DNA from: Eledone cirrhosa | Taxonomy: Eukaryota | DNA: 64,000 nt | Assembly: GCA_964016885.1 (NCBI GenBank) | Contig: OZ024745.1 | Coordinates: 51,150,001 to 51,214,000, forward strand | Direction: 5' to 3' | Part shown: piece after piece, positions 39,504-54,339 of the stretch | Position numbering within the stretch: the first letter of the stretch is position 1 | How the letters are laid out: every line of letters starts with the position of its first letter | The notes under the pieces: model-generated | What the model saw: only the letters and a program-made list of their open reading frames with translations | What the model was told of the DNA's origin: nothing | Database searches by the model: none | Translations under genes and position numbers: made by a program

Positions 39504-40819
39504 TATATATCCGTTCTGCAAGATTCTTGATGTGAAATTATAATTTACAATTTATCTTTTATTCATTCGTTTGTAAAATTTCTTTCGTCTCATATTGTGA
39601 CCTCTTTTTCCTGATCTTAAACTTCTATTCCACCTTGTCTTTGTTTTGTTTTGTGGTGTGTTTTTCCTGTTTCGTGTCTGTGTATGCACCTTCATCTGTG
39701 TGTGTGTGTGTGTATGTGTGTGTGTGTGTGCGTGTGCGCGTGGGTTTGTTATGTTTATGTGTGTTTACTGTGTGTTGGGGTTCGTGTCTCTTGTTTGCTC
39801 TTTTGCATTTTCTATCCTGTAGGTATGATGACAGTCATTATGATTATATTTTTAATGTGTCAGTGTATCAGACCATCAGCCACTTTCTAATATTGGGAAA
39901 TGAAGTGTTCTTCACATTGTATAATTGATTCGCTTCCTGCTTCTGCACGAGTAATTTTATCACCTATTCTAAGGCTAGTTCGAAATCGCCACACCCACTC
40001 ATTATTAGCATATTTAGACTCACATACCTAGATAACCTCACAGAAGCACTTCTAATTTCTCCCCTATCTTCATTGTTATCATAAGATCGTTGATCGATAA
40101 ACCGCTTCCCCCAGTACCTTGTAAATATTTTTAACGTTTAAAATTCTGATATACTTCTTATACCACCAAATTATAATTCAGTACAGTCATCTCTCAACTG
40201 CGGCCAAATCGGCTTTCTGAATGACACACTTAACGAAAAATGTTCATGAACTTTTGAAGACTTATTTTACGATCTCATCGTATGCAGACCGCTACTCGAA
40301 AAATGTTGGCAATGCCTGATTTAGAATTTGTATCAGCATTACATTTCAAAGAAAAGGCAATATGTTCCTCGTTATCTTTGCGTATATCTGAAAGTATTTG
40401 CCTTTTAATATTTTGCACTCCACAACCCCTCTCAACATCTCGCAACTGTCATTACCTTATAAATTTCAGGTTCTGGTTCACAGCTAAGTCACATATTTTC
40501 CTTTAGAAAACCTCCCTCCTTTCATGAAGTAATATACATGGCTGAAAAAATGTCCACTCACAAATATTACAGCAAAAATTGCAGTGCAGTAAAATATGCA
40601 TTGTGTTGCATATTATAGTTATTGTCACAGCGTGCACTCTGATATTGTGCAGAACATGCTTGTCGTACTAATCATAAATATACAGTGTTTATGGCCCGAT
40701 TATTTCATGAAATATTGGCAGAGTCCTAACAACGTTGGATAGGATGCTTTGCGGAATTCCTTCCGGTTCTCTGCTTTCTGAGTTCAAATCACGCCGAGAT
40801 CAACTTTGCCTTTCATCAT

Positions 40820-41150
40820 AACAAAAGTTATAATGGTCAAATCTCAATTTGACGATGTAAATTGGGGACTCAGATTCTCAATGGGACAACGGCACATACA
40901 GAGTTCGATATGAGCTGACTACTTGCTCTTCACATGGATGTGTATATACCAAAACATACAATTTTTAGACGATACGGATGTGTATATTCGAAAACATACA
41001 CTATTTAGAAGATACGGATGTTACAATTCAATCGATACACGTATAGCAGAACATTGAACCGAATTTACTTGCGTGTGTATAAGGTTGCGGTTGACCCACT
41101 TTTTCCAATTTACATCGTCAAATTGAGATTTGACCAATATAACTTTTGTT
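40820..41150. repeat. 46-bp inverted repeat with ~240-bp spacer
   Basis: aacaaaagttataatggtcaaatctcaatttgacgatgtaaattgg versus its reverse complement at 41105-41150. Confidence 0.8.
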
Positions 41151-41435
41151 GTTTTGTAACCTAACTTTCGGTGAATACTATGTTGGTATATATATTTTTT
41201 TCTTTGACCTCGCGTCGGTGTATGTGAGTGTGTGTGTACTCACTCACACTAACTGTGACCGACTATAATTCTACAGATTTGAGAGATAGAGACTTGATAG
41301 TTTTATGACCCTAACTGAAAACGATAGCAGTCGGTTTGTTTTGGCTGCTTAATCTTCATATGTGGGACAAAACTCTAGTGAGTGAACATCGTTAAATTTT
41401 CTCCCTCATATTAAGGATTTGAAGACAATTCATTT

Positions 41436-41507
41436 TCACCTGACGAGATCAGTGATAATCGATCATGGCCACACGATCGATCTATCTCTTATTGAAACGT
41501 GTCGTGA
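41436..41507 (+). ncRNA. Type I hammerhead ribozyme motif
   Basis: tcac-CTGACGA-(~47 nt)-GAAAC-gt-GTC-gtga. Stem II base is imperfect. Confidence 0.55.
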
Positions 41508-41576
41508 TTAAAATGATTGGAAATTTATACCATGCCTTCGGATCTTTATTTTGATATATATATATATATATATATA

Positions 41577-41615
<39 letters not shown>

Positions 41616-41715
41616 GAAGGAAATGTGGTAAGGAACCAGGTGGACCATAACGCACCAAAGTACTCAATACTTAGGGTAGTAGAGTGGATAATAGGAACGA
41701 GTAGGACTACTCGTT

Positions 41716-41750
<35 letters not shown>

Positions 41751-42498
41751 CCGATGCACTTATTAATCAGTAGATAAGCATTATCGGACATATCACTCAT
41801 TTTACCCATTAATCGGTGTTGATAATTGTCCATTACTGTCAGAGTAATTAAGAAAACAATAAATTCAACGTAAGAAACATTATTTCTTACCACACGCAAT
41901 CTAGGTCTAACAGTGTAATACAACTCTGATTCTACTGCTTGAACGCGCTGATATACACAACTAATTAGGTCTGCCCGTGGCTGTAACTCTTTGTAACCTG
42001 CAAGGTGTTAAAGTAGAAGAGAGACCCTACTACCCACTTAATAGAAAATGTAATTAATTGAGTTTTTATAAGTGAATAAATCTAAAAAATATAAATATTT
42101 CAATTACATGTTTATTTAAAGCAATTCTAAAAAATTCTAGTGATAATGATATCTTTCAGAACAGAAACATCCATAAATATACGTGGTATAAAAAGAATCA
42201 GGAGATAGAAATCAATAAATTTATTTTATTGTTTCTAATCTCTTTGATTCTGTGCTGGATGTTCGTGTTAAGAGGAGGGGGGGGGGGGGGGGGGAGAAAC
42301 TGATCACCAGCGAGTTATCAGTACCATGAGACTATATAAAGCCAAACAAACCCCTGGCAGGTCCAGGATGACCTACAAGATAAGGTGGGAAGTATAGGAG
42401 GATAAAGAAGTTAGGACCAGGTATGCAGAGGCTATTACACCAAAATTCATAGAATTGCTTGTTTGTATGTGTATATGCGCGCCTGTGTGTGTGTGCTC

Positions 42499-42548
<50 letters not shown>

Positions 42549-43139
42549 GGGAATATGTGTGTGTATAACTGTCTTTTTTGTCTATGCTGTGTCATTCTGT
42601 AATCCGCAACGTCGATAAAATAACAGAAGTATTTGAGGATCAGTATGAACGATTATTCCTTTCAGTCGCCGGAAATAGTAGGAATATTTATTTATATATT
42701 TACTTCGTTAAAACTGAACCGATGACACTATCCAATTCTCTGGATAAATGTTTGATTCCTTTTCTTACCGTCCCTATAACATCAACATTTCTTTCCCAAA
42801 CTTTAAGCAGTCATGTTTTCAGAAAAAAAAAAAAAATATATATATATATATTTGAACAAATAATAAACAAGAGAGTAAAAAAGACAAGAATAAAAACAAG
42901 GGCAATAGTTAAAAGGGAAGTGGAAAGGGATTGAGTAAACTAGACTCTTGGCTGGGCGGCTTATCTTAAACGGTTAAGATAGCATATCAGTTTTTCTATG
43001 AGAAGAGATTGATCGCCCTTCCCATAGATTCTTCCAATTTACAGAGAAATAGCGGAGACACTGTGTGAAATCTCTCAACGCTCTTCTCTCAGCTCAACAC
43101 AAGTTGATCGATTCATATGTACACACACACACACACAGA

Positions 43140-43177
<38 letters not shown>

Positions 43178-43216
43178 GACACCCCCCCACACACACACAC
43201 GCACGCACACACGCAC

Positions 43217-43321
<105 letters not shown>

Positions 43322-43434
43322 ATCAGTGTTGGTTGATCAAGTAATCGACCGATAGTGGTGCAATCAGACGTAATCACTCCACAACGTGGGTACCTCAAGG
43401 TATTAACTACATAGTATCAGACGGATTGTCGATA

Positions 43435-43622
43435 TTGGTGGATTGGCAGTAACGGTAGAGGGTCGGACGCCATGCTTTGCTGCAAAGAGTTACGGCCCTT
43501 TATGGTCTGAGTTCAAATCCCGCCGAGGTTAACTTTGCCTTTCATCCTTACGGGGTCGATAAAATAAAGTACCAGTAATAATGGGATAATTGCCGGCATT
43601 GTGCTAAAAGTAGAAATAATAT
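43435..43622 (+). mobile_element. tRNA-derived SINE
   Basis: SINE consensus with A/B boxes and Nin-type core. Confidence 0.88.
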
Positions 43623-43685
43623 TATAAAAAAGAATAAAGATAATATCACGCATGCACATTCAATGTAGGAGTCGGACTCTACCAA

Positions 43686-44110
43686 GTGTGCGTACTATCA
43701 TATCTCCGGGTTGGAAGTAGTATCATGGCTGGCGGGTGTAAAATCAGTCGGCTGGAATTTGCCAACGACATGATGTTGCTTAACTCGACAGGAGGTGGTC
43801 TCCGACTTGCACTCGATAGGGTTGATGCTAAGTGCTGCATGGCTGGAATGAAAGTCGGTGCTGCGAAAACACTCGTATCTCAGTGCACTCTACATGTGAA
43901 TAGAGTTCTACTGAAGCAGATAGAGAAGTTAAATTATCTCGGGACCGTGTTCACGAGAAGTGGAAGGCTCGAGGCCAAATTAAGTGCAAGGATTGTAGGA
44001 GCTGGTGTATTACTGCACCAGCTTCAGCATTCAGTAATCATAAGAAGGGAGGTAGGCGTAAAAGCCCAAATGGGTATCTTCAATTCGGTATTCGTGCCAA
44101 TCTTATCCAT
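43686..44110 (+). pseudogene. RTE-clade LINE RT fragment
   Basis: RLEFANDMML (FADD-like), KLNYLGTVFT. Homologous to the 10520-11130 fragment. Confidence 0.75.
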
Positions 44111-45259
44111 CCACTGGTAAATATTATTTTCTTCGTTCATTTCAGCACCTCTCCGTACACTCTAAGCTGCTCAGTCGCCGTATTGGTACAACACACATTA
44201 AAATGTTGTTGGTGAGTAGCTTTGAAATACTGCCGTAGATGGCTTTGAATTAGAAATACTTTTGCTAAAATCAACAAATGTTTGGCTCAAGGGTTGGGGA
44301 AAACCTGAAGGAAAGTTTCAGCTCAATATTGTAAATCATGAATGTCTGTGAAACATAGCGCAAATCTTGAGGCACCTTTTGCAGTTTAAAACAGCCAGAT
44401 AATTTCATATAAAGGAAAGTTTCCGATAGTCAGATCGGACCAAGGAAACAATGTTTCCATTGTTCTTTCATTGCTAAAATTATTTACCGATCGGCAATGG
44501 TATACATACATACATACATACATACATACATACATACATACATACATACATACATACATACATACATACATACATACATACATACAATGGCGACCGTTGT
44601 GGTCAGTGTCCGATAATCGGACGTGTGTAATTACGGCTTACATGGAGGCAACATACCATATATTGGAAAAAGTTGAGCTACATTACGCGGTAAGATTACA
44701 TACAATAATTCTACATAAGTCTTTGAACTGTGTGTTGTAAAACACCTATTTATATGAACGATACATACACTTATGATATATGAACGATACATACACTTAT
44801 GATATATGAACGAAACATACACTTTAACATATAAATGCAACGTTGTTATATTACATTTGTAAAGAAATATGCAAGTAACGTTTTCGATTCAGAAACAAAA
44901 AACATAAGTGTTTGAACTGTTAATATGTTGTGAATATGTTTTAGAACACCTATTTATATGAATGATACATAAACTTTAACATATAAATACAGCGTTGTTA
45001 TATTATATTACATTCATAAAGAAATATACTAAGTAACGGTTTTTGTTTGTTTGTTTTTTTTTGTGTTCTCGATTCAAACGATTCAAAAACAACGTTTAAA
45101 ACACAGTTGTAGAATTAAAAACTAACCGAAAAGAAATATTACCCAAGCTGTGAATAACTTTAAATTTGATTCTGACAGAACTTTGTCGAAACTTTTAAAG
45201 AAGATCATCGACTATTTTGAAAAATAAATACAAAATATTAGTGAATAGACGAACTCATC

Positions 45260-48200
45260 ATGGCAAACCGTATAAGACTTCTTCGACCAAATCGCAACTA
45301 CAACTGTTGTATACAGTGGAGCTACGAGCTTAACAAAGATTATATGAAGCATACAAACAATCTGAACCCCAAAAGTTCGGTTTTATGCAAAGGCTAAAAA
45401 CTTTATGGAACTCCAAACACCCAGAATTAGACTTTTCTCCAAAGCATTTAAATGAACAGGCAAAACGTATCATTAGATGTAAATTGATACATCTAACGGA
45501 ATTGTGTGATACTACAAATACAGCCCTTGTAGACAACCACCCCACTTCCACTGACAGACAAAGAGAACGGCCAGCTAAATCTAACAGTCAACAGCTCACC
45601 AACAATTTTGCTGAAATTCATCCCACTTGCACTGAAGAACAGCGAGAATGGTCAGCTAACTCTAGTAGTAATTGTCACCACATCAACAACGAGGCTGAAA
45701 TTCATAACTCTACTGTACAAATAGAACACCAAAAACTTGTGGACACCTTACAAGTGATATGGGATGATATGTTTCAAGAGATACACAGCCTTAATGTGAG
45801 TGACAGACCATACCACACCAGAATCAGTAAAGAACCCACTAAATTGGAATTGGAAGTGGTGAACGAAATAGCTGACAATTATCTGAAGGCTATACGATCT
45901 AAAGGTTTAGAAAAGACATTTGAAATGCTTAACATTTTGTTATATGTTTCAGCTGTCACATTGCTATCTAAAGCCACGCAATCAAGATACGAACAAAAAG
46001 CCGGAACCAACGTGGATGCGAAATTTAAAAAGCAAAATTTTGTCCCTGAGACGAAGTATCTCACAAATCGCAGTCATTATGAAATGTAACATAGAGAACA
46101 ACTTCACACGACACCAGGAAGACGTAAAAAAAAAAATTAGAGAGACGATTTGGAGATACAAAATTTAAAACTTTAAACTCCAAATTACACCAGTTGAAAC
46201 AACAACTGACAGCTACAACAGAGAGACTAAAATATAAGTCAACAGCACATAAACGACAAGTGCTAAATAGATTGTTTGCCAGAGATCCTAAATCAGTTTA
46301 TCGCAGCTTCGGTGGCAAAAGCTCAATCTCTGTAAATGACACCCCTTCAAAAGAACAGGTTGAGAACTACTGGAGATCTGTATGGGAAACGGATGACGGA
46401 TTCAACAGACAAACTAAATGGCTAAAAGAACTGGAACAGGACTACTGCCAACATGTCCAGACAAAACAATATGACATAGATGGGTCAATACTGGAAACAG
46501 CTCTACAGAAAATGTCGAATAGGAAATCACCAGGCCCAGACCTTATAACAGGATACTGGTTGAAGAATTTCACTTTCTATCGGCAAGATCTCATACGGCT
46601 GTTTACAGAAACCATTAAAGGCACACAAGAACTGCCCAGATGGTTATCAACTGCCATTACTCTCCTCATTCCCCCAAATAGCCAAACCGCCCTTGCTAAA
46701 AATTACCGCCCAGTAGCCTGCCAAAGCATCATGTAAAAATTATATACTGGGTGCCTTAACCTGTTCTTACAGGATCACTGTGCTACCAACAACATTATAA
46801 CACCTGAGCAAGCTGGTGGTAAGAGGGAGGTGTGGGGTTGCATAGATCACCTGCTAACTAATAAAATGATTCAAGAAAAAACAACAAAGAATCGCAGAAA
46901 CATGACTGTGGTGTGGCTGGACTATCAAAAATCATTTGATAGTGTACCTCATGCGTGGATTGTTAAGGCTTTACAGTTAGCCAAAGTCCCACAACCACTG
47001 GTAGCTGCTGTTGAACGTCTGACCAAGAACTGGCACACCAATTTGATCCTTAGAGGTGAGAAGGAGCAAGTTAAGACTGATAAGATACATTACCAGAAGG
47101 GCATCTTTCAGGGTGATAGCTTGTCAGTACTACTCTTCGTTCTCTCACTAAATCCACTATCTTACATACTCAGGAAACAAGGTGGACAAAGAAGTGGGTC
47201 CAGAAGTATCTCCCATCTTTTCTTTGTTGATGACCTGAAGTTGTATGGGCCAAATATCAATGACATCAAGAAACAATTGGACCTCATTACACAATTTTCA
47301 ACAGACATCAAAATGAAATTTGGTGAGTCCAAGTGTGCATATTTGGCAGTAAAACGTGTAAGAGCTGTGCCTTCCTCTAGAAATCTAGAGATGAACGGCC
47401 TGACAATACAACCTCTACAGTCAGGTGACAACTACAGATATCTTGGACAGGATGAGAATGTCGGATATGATGTACCCATAAATAAGGAGAGAACCAGAAC
47501 TGAATACCTCAGAAGAGTAAAGAAAATATGGTCATCAGAACTGTCAGCGTACAAGTACATTGCCCACAATACTTATGCTGTGCCAATTCTAACGCCAACA
47601 TTTGGCCTGCTGAACTGGTCATTGCAAGAACTAAGTGAGATGGATGCTAGAACTCGTAAACTTCTCAGTGTTACTGGGAACTTTAACATCAATGGTGATG
47701 TGGATAGGCTATACTTCTCACGCAAGGAAGGTGGCCGGGTCTAAAGTCCATATTAACATCATATGAGACCCGGATAGTAACACTGAACAACATCTTCAAC
47801 AGAGGAAAAAGGTTGGAAACCATCTTCCCCAGGTTTATGAGCATGAATAAAAAAATATCATTCGGATAGCCACTGATCTGGAGGAGAGATATGGAATAAA
47901 GCCTGATATAAATCTCTCACCCAGAGAAATCGGAAGATCCTATTCAATGTTCAAACAAAATAAAAAAGTTGACCAATTTACAGAAAAAGTTGTGCACGAA
48001 TACTTGAGACGTAAAACACAGACCATGGAGAGGATAAACCACTCAAAAAGCCTGGCATGGAGTTCCGACAAGTTTATGACATCACATCTTGAGGGATATC
48101 TCTATGAAATGCAGGAACAAGAACTTCCTACCAAATATCTGCTGCACAAAAGAGGAGGGCCATCAGCTGACAAACGAGGAAGAATATATTGAGACAGATG

Positions 48201-48692
48201 GCACTAAGGAATACTGGTGGAACCTGAAAATAAAAACTGCCACCAAATTAAAGCACAACCGGCCTGATATTGTTGTTTGGGACCACACATTAAAAACGTG
48301 TTCTGTTGTGGACCACACATTAAAAACGTGTTCTGTTGTGGAGATCAGCTGCCCATTTGTCAGAAAAATACAGGAGAAGGAGGACATCTACAGACCATTG
48401 ATGAGGAGTTTACAAATCCAGTATCCAAGATACACCTTTAGCTTCATACCCATCATTATTGGAGCTACGGGTAATATACCAACCCGCTTGGACCAATGTA
48501 TAACTGAACTTGGATTTGCGGACAAAGAGCGCAGCTCCCCCAATTCATAGTCTACAAATGGCTGCGATAGCTGGCACCTTCAAAATTTGCAAAACATCCT
48601 TGCGATTCAAGGGATGACAATTTCTTTTCTTCTACAACGTTGCCACCAGGAAGGTGGCCGGTCAAAAGTATACCCGAAATTAAGAAAAAGAG
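45260..48692 (+). mobile_element. R4/Dong-clade non-LTR retrotransposon (RT + REL endonuclease), near full length, decayed
   Basis: KSPGPD, NYRPVAC, WLDYQKSFDSVPH, GIFQGDSLS, HLFFVDDLKLY, HNRPDIVVWD..VVEISCP..KE..Y. Multiple stops and frameshifts. The CCHC region is missing near 48175. Confidence 0.88.
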
Positions 48693-48709
48693 ATAACATA
48701 CATACATAC

Positions 48710-48781
<72 letters not shown>

Positions 48782-48948
48782 TTCTGTCATTACTACTACT
48801 GAGGTCCAACGAGCTTTTGATTCCAGAGTCGGGCCAGATCGATATAGATCGAACCTTGAGCTGATCAATAGCGAAACGTTCGTCACCAACCAATAAAGGT
48901 AACGAAGGAGTAACCATTCCTCCTTGTATTATTATATTACACTACAAA

Positions 48949-49330
48949 GCCGGTGGATTGGTAGAGGATCTGACGCCATGCTTTATGATCTGAGTTCAAA
49001 TCCCGCCGAGGTTTGCCTTTCATCCTTACGGGGTCGATAAAATAAAGTACCAGTCACTCACTAGGGTCAAACTAATTGATTTTCCCTTCCTCTTCAAAAT
49101 TACTGGCCTAAAGTAGAAACAATTATTATATTACACTACAAGGCCGGTGAATTGGCAGTATCGGTGGAGTTCGGATGCCATGCTTTCCAGCATAGTTACG
49201 TCCCTTTACGGTCTGAGTTCAAATCCAGTCGAGGTTAACTTTGCCTTTCATCCTTATGGGGTCAATATAATAAAGTACCAGTAATGTACTGGGTAATTTC
49301 TGGCCTTGTGCCAAATGTAGAAAAAATTAT
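48949..49330 (+). mobile_element. Two tandem SINE copies
   Basis: Copies at 48949-49127 and 49142-49330. atattacact occurs before, between and after them. Confidence 0.85.
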
Positions 49331-49430
49331 CATATTACACTCTGTCTAGCTCTACACATCGATACTGACGTGAACTAAACATCGAGTGCTCACCCGGGTG
49401 AACCTACAGTAACTCCGCGTTACACCCCAT

Positions 49431-49496
<66 letters not shown>

Positions 49497-49834
49497 TAGC
49501 GAGAATCGCATTAAATTTCGGCTATTGGAAGTTAGCGAAAAACAACTTCCGAGATGTGTGGCAAGCGCTCCATAGAAACTATTGAACTAGAGCCACAACG
49601 TAGGTTAAAAGGCCAAACACACTGAGACGATGGTTAAACCATTATCCGCAAAGCCATAGAAACGGCCAAGCTATTCGGGTCAGACAAATAATAAAATATG
49701 ATTGAAAATTATATATATATATATATATAATTTAAAGGTTAAACAAGGTTCAATGAATAAATCAAAGAATGAGTTTTACAACAGATTGGAAGCACTCATC
49801 TAATTGGTTTTCCGGAGTTATTAATATTAATTCA

Positions 49835-50478
49835 AAATATTAACAAAATAGATATTCTTGTGATCAAGTATATTTTATTATACATATTTCAGAGGTACTG
49901 AGTTAACTTCAACAGTACGTCCTCATCAGATAAAATAAGATGATGCATGACATACCCTGACATAGTAGATGGTTAAGATTCAGTCATGGTAGTGAGTGAT
50001 ATATGACAAAACTCAATATTTATATACCTTAATATTGAGAACATGAAAAAACCCCACAGATAATACATAAAATAGAGAGGGTGCGTGTGAGAAACCTTAA
50101 AAGAATACATGGCAGCAATAAAACTGTTAAAGATTCAAATAATTTAAATTACTGAAGAAAGAGGAAAGAAAAGAAAGGCATAGAGGAAGAAACAGATGAG
50201 GGGATAATATAGCTAGTAGGAGCATAGAAAACAAAAGAGAGTTGATTACAGAGAGAGTGGTTTTTTTTTCATGTTTCAATATTAAGGTATATAAATATTG
50301 AGTTTTGTCATATATCACTCACTACCACGACTGAATCTTAATCATCTACTATGTCAGGGTATGTCATGCATCATCTTATTTTATCTGATGAGGGCGTACT
50401 GTTAATGTTAACTCAGTACCTCTGAAATATGTATAATAAAATATACTTGATCACAAGAATATCTATTTTGTTAATATT
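49835..50478. repeat. Inverted repeat (~210-bp arms), each arm with an HHR
   Basis: 49835-50050 is the reverse complement of ~50265-50478. Minus-strand HHR at 49871-49937. Confidence 0.85.
50377..50443 (+). ncRNA. Type I hammerhead ribozyme
   Basis: tattttat-CTGATGA-gggcgtactg-(12 nt)-cagtacctct-GAA-ata-tg-tat-A-ataaaata. Confidence 0.7.
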
Positions 50479-50517
50479 CCGAGCTGAAGACCCGCAAGGT
50501 GAAACAATTGTTCTCGG
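50479..50517 (+). ncRNA. Minimal type I hammerhead ribozyme
   Basis: ccgag-CTGAAGA-ccc-gcaa-ggt-GAAAC-aatt-GTT-ctcgg. GNRA loop II and palindromic stem III aacaattgtt. Confidence 0.72.
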
Positions 50518-50592
50518 TATGGTGAGCTAATTGTTGTGTTACTACTTCTACCAAACTGAGTGCTCTACTACTACGGATATTACCCTCCAGTG

Positions 50593-50679
<87 letters not shown>

Positions 50680-50689
50680 TCTCTCTCTC

Positions 50690-50819
<130 letters not shown>

Positions 50820-50932
50820 GAAATATATATATATATGCAAAAGTTCTATTTAAAATTGTTGGGATACAACAAGTAAATATTTTTATAACTGATATAAAGC
50901 ACTCGACAAGTATTTGGAGTAGATATACGATA

Positions 50933-51213
50933 TTAATAAATGGAAACTATATTTATAAAACCATATTTATTTCATTATACATATTTCAGGGATACCAAAT
51001 TAAATTATGGTATGCTTTCATGAGACAAAATACAATATATAACAGTTTTACAAATAAGCTTTGACGTACCCTTTTAAAATGCAACCATTGTTTTTGGAAG
51101 CCATCCGGATGGCTTCCAAAAACAATGAAGGCATACCATAATTTAATTTGGTATCCCTGAAATATGTATAATGAAATAAATATGGTTTTATAAATATAGT
51201 TTCCATTTATTAA
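50933..51213. repeat. Inverted repeat (~85-bp arms) related to the 50377 HHR family
   Basis: 50933-51015 is the reverse complement of 51131-51213. Inner hairpin cattgtttttggaagccatccggatggcttccaaaaacaatg. Confidence 0.8.
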
Positions 51214-51214
51214 T

Positions 51215-51329
<115 letters not shown>

Positions 51330-51769
51330 GGAACGAGTAGGACCCCGACGGCTGAGCTCAAGGCGTTTCGACCCCGATGCCTTGAGCTCAGCCGTCAGGG
51401 TCCTACTCGTTCCTATTACCCACTCTACTACCCTAAGTATTGAGTACTTTGGTGCGTTATGGTCCACCTGGTTCCTTACCACATTTCCTTCGTTATATAT
51501 ATATATATATATAAAATTAGAAGTTTGAAGAGTAGACAGACAAAATTTATCCATTTTTTTCCTTCTTAGTCAGAGGAAATTAACTAGATAAATAATCATT
51601 TAAACGGAACTAAGTTTAAAATGTAACCTTTTTTTAAGGAGGAAGTTGTTTTTCTCTATAATTTTGAATGTTTTGAACGAACACGGTCTCCGAAACCATC
51701 ATTTTTACACGTTTTTGATTTGGTTTGTCCCCACACTTTCCTTTCCTCCCCGCGAACTGGCATTAAATT

Positions 51770-52099
51770 CAACCCCGAAACTTCCGTTCTGCTGCCAGTT
51801 GCAGTAGACCGCTTCGAGGAATTCGGAGAACAAGTCTGGCATTTCTACGTAAAACTCATTGGGCAGACCGTCCAAACCAGGGCAACCCGAATCTCGGTTG
51901 AAGTTATCGGCCTTTCGTAACGCTCGGCATCGCTTGGAGAGTGTCACAAGAGGCCATCGAGGTAGGAACTGAAGTCCGACACCGTCTCCAACTCCGCGCC
52001 CTCCCCGAACAGTAGAGCAAAGTGCTGGAGAAAGGCCGCACATATCTGCCTGGAATCGTTCAGCACGGGTTCGTCAAGGTCAGCCAAAGCCTGTATCGT

Positions 52100-52100
<1 letters not shown>
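51770..52100 (-). pseudogene. Tx1/L1-like LINE RT N-terminal fragment
   Basis: CPGLDGLPNEFYVEMPDLF..L..VY..WQQNG. Confidence 0.55.
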
Positions 52101-52144
<44 letters not shown>

Positions 52145-52518
52145 ATTACGTTATGTGTGTGTATATGAGAAATAAAGTTATGATGGTTAAAATTACAAGG
52201 GACGCAACTCTCCTCTAATGTAACGTTTAATTCCCTTGGAAAAATAAATAAGGGAGATAATTGTGTTTACTTTTATAGAAAGAATAACAATAAATGTTTC
52301 AAGTAAAGAATTTTGCGAAATAAATACGAAAACGAAGTATTCTTTTTTTCTGGATTTAAGATTATTTCAAACCCAATTAGAATAATCATTAATTCTGCGT
52401 CCAGGAAATGGGAGAGTGAAAGAAAAGGTAATATATATAATGTGCATCAACTATATATATATATTAAAAAAAAAAAAAAATTTTTTTTAATAAGTTTTCT
52501 TATATATATATATTTTCT

Positions 52519-52636
<118 letters not shown>

Positions 52637-52861
52637 ATATCTATATAACTGCTCTGTAAAACAACCGATGTTATTACATTGAGGTATTTATCTTACTGGT
52701 AATATAAGATAGTAATTAATGACTATCTTTCACTATTTAGGGTTTGTATAAAAAATATATAACCATAAAAGGTTTTATTACATACATAACCATAAATAGT
52801 ATCCTTAATACTATATATATATATATATATTTCGTCAACATGACCCTCCCAAAGTATAACA

Positions 52862-52935
<74 letters not shown>

Positions 52936-53131
52936 AATAAGCGAGACTGTTTTATTCGTACATACCTATTTTCGTTATACCGTGGAACGAATAAAATTAG
53001 GATGTACGAATAAAACCGTCTCTCTTATTTATTGATTTATTATAATAAAACTCCGGATGAACAAAAACTCTGGAGTGCTTCACATTTGTTAAAGAATAAG
53101 TCGGCAGATTTTTAATCAACCAACTTTCTTC

Positions 53132-53209
<78 letters not shown>

Positions 53210-53239
53210 TTATATTAGTCTGATCACCTGCACAAATAT

Positions 53240-54120
53240 GTGACTGGCAGTAGGGAGCCAATGCTCTAAATTGTACTGAAGGTGAAGACAATAGACCAGG
53301 GATGTCCAAGGAGGAAATAACAACAAGGAGGAAGAGCAACCTTCATTAAAATTCCCTTCATAATACCTTCTTTAAGAAAACAGAATTTAGAGATCCACAG
53401 ACATGGAACTGGTTAAAAAGAGGAGACCTTAAAAAAGCTACAGAAGGAATGCTAATGGGTGCGCAAGAGCAAGCCGTCAGAACGAAGTCGGTGAAACACC
53501 ATATTGACAAGGAGGAAGCTAGCTCACTGTGTAGGATCTGTGGAGAGAGAGAAAAGAGACTGTGGCTCACATTGTATCCGAGTGTAAACACCTAGCCCAG
53601 ACTCACTATAAAGCATGGAGATATGATGTGATAGGCAGGGTGATCCACTGGTATCTATGCAAAGTAAACAATTTACCACATTCTGAGAAGTGGTATGAGC
53701 ATAAGCCAGAGTCAGTGATAGAAAACGATCAGATGAAGGTGCTATGGGATTTTAGGATACAGATGGACAAGAAATTAGAACACAATAGGCCTGATCTGGT
53801 GGTTTTGGACAAGGAAAAAAGATCGTGCCTGATTGTAGATGTAGCCTGCCCATTTGACACGAGAGGGCAAGAAAAGGAGAGGGAGAAAATTAACCGATAC
53901 CAGGATTTAAAGTGGGAGTTAAAAAGGATTTGGAACTGCCATGAAATCAAGATCGTCCGATTGTCAAAGGCGCACTAGGTACTATCTCAAAGAGTTTCCA
54001 AAGATGGTTAAAGAAGATTAGTCCAGCCCCGCTTTTTGGAACACTTCAAAAGGCATGCTTGCTGGGAACAGCAAGAACCCTCCGATACGTCCTGAATATC
54101 TGAGGCTGCAGGTAGCGGCT
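53240..54120 (+). pseudogene. R4/Dong-clade LINE 3' fragment (CCHC + REL)
   Basis: TEGMLMGAQEQA, CRICGE..HIVSEC, HNRPDLVVLD..IVDVACP..EK..RYQDL. Confidence 0.88.
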
Positions 54121-54150
54121 TGATATTCATCTCAACAAACTTTTCAGTTA

Positions 54151-54339
54151 AATAATTGTCTCTACTTTAAGCACAAGGCCAGCAATTACCCAGTGCATTA
54201 CTGGTACTTTATTTTATCGACCCCGTAAGGATGAAAGGCAAAGTCAACCTCGGCGGGATTTGAACTCAGATCGTAAAGGGACGTGACTATGCTGGAAAGC
54301 ATGGCGTCCGACCCTCTACCGATACTGCCAATCCACCGC
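54151..54339 (-). mobile_element. tRNA-derived SINE followed by an inverted copy of adjacent LINE DNA
   Basis: SINE consensus. 54336-54522 is the reverse complement of 53932-54118. Confidence 0.88.

Noticed and set aside
48800-48890. HHR-like gcgaaacgttcgtc; similar partial motifs at ~53055 and ~57890-57935(-)
   Set aside because: CUGANGA is missing or corrupted, or there is no stem I pairing.
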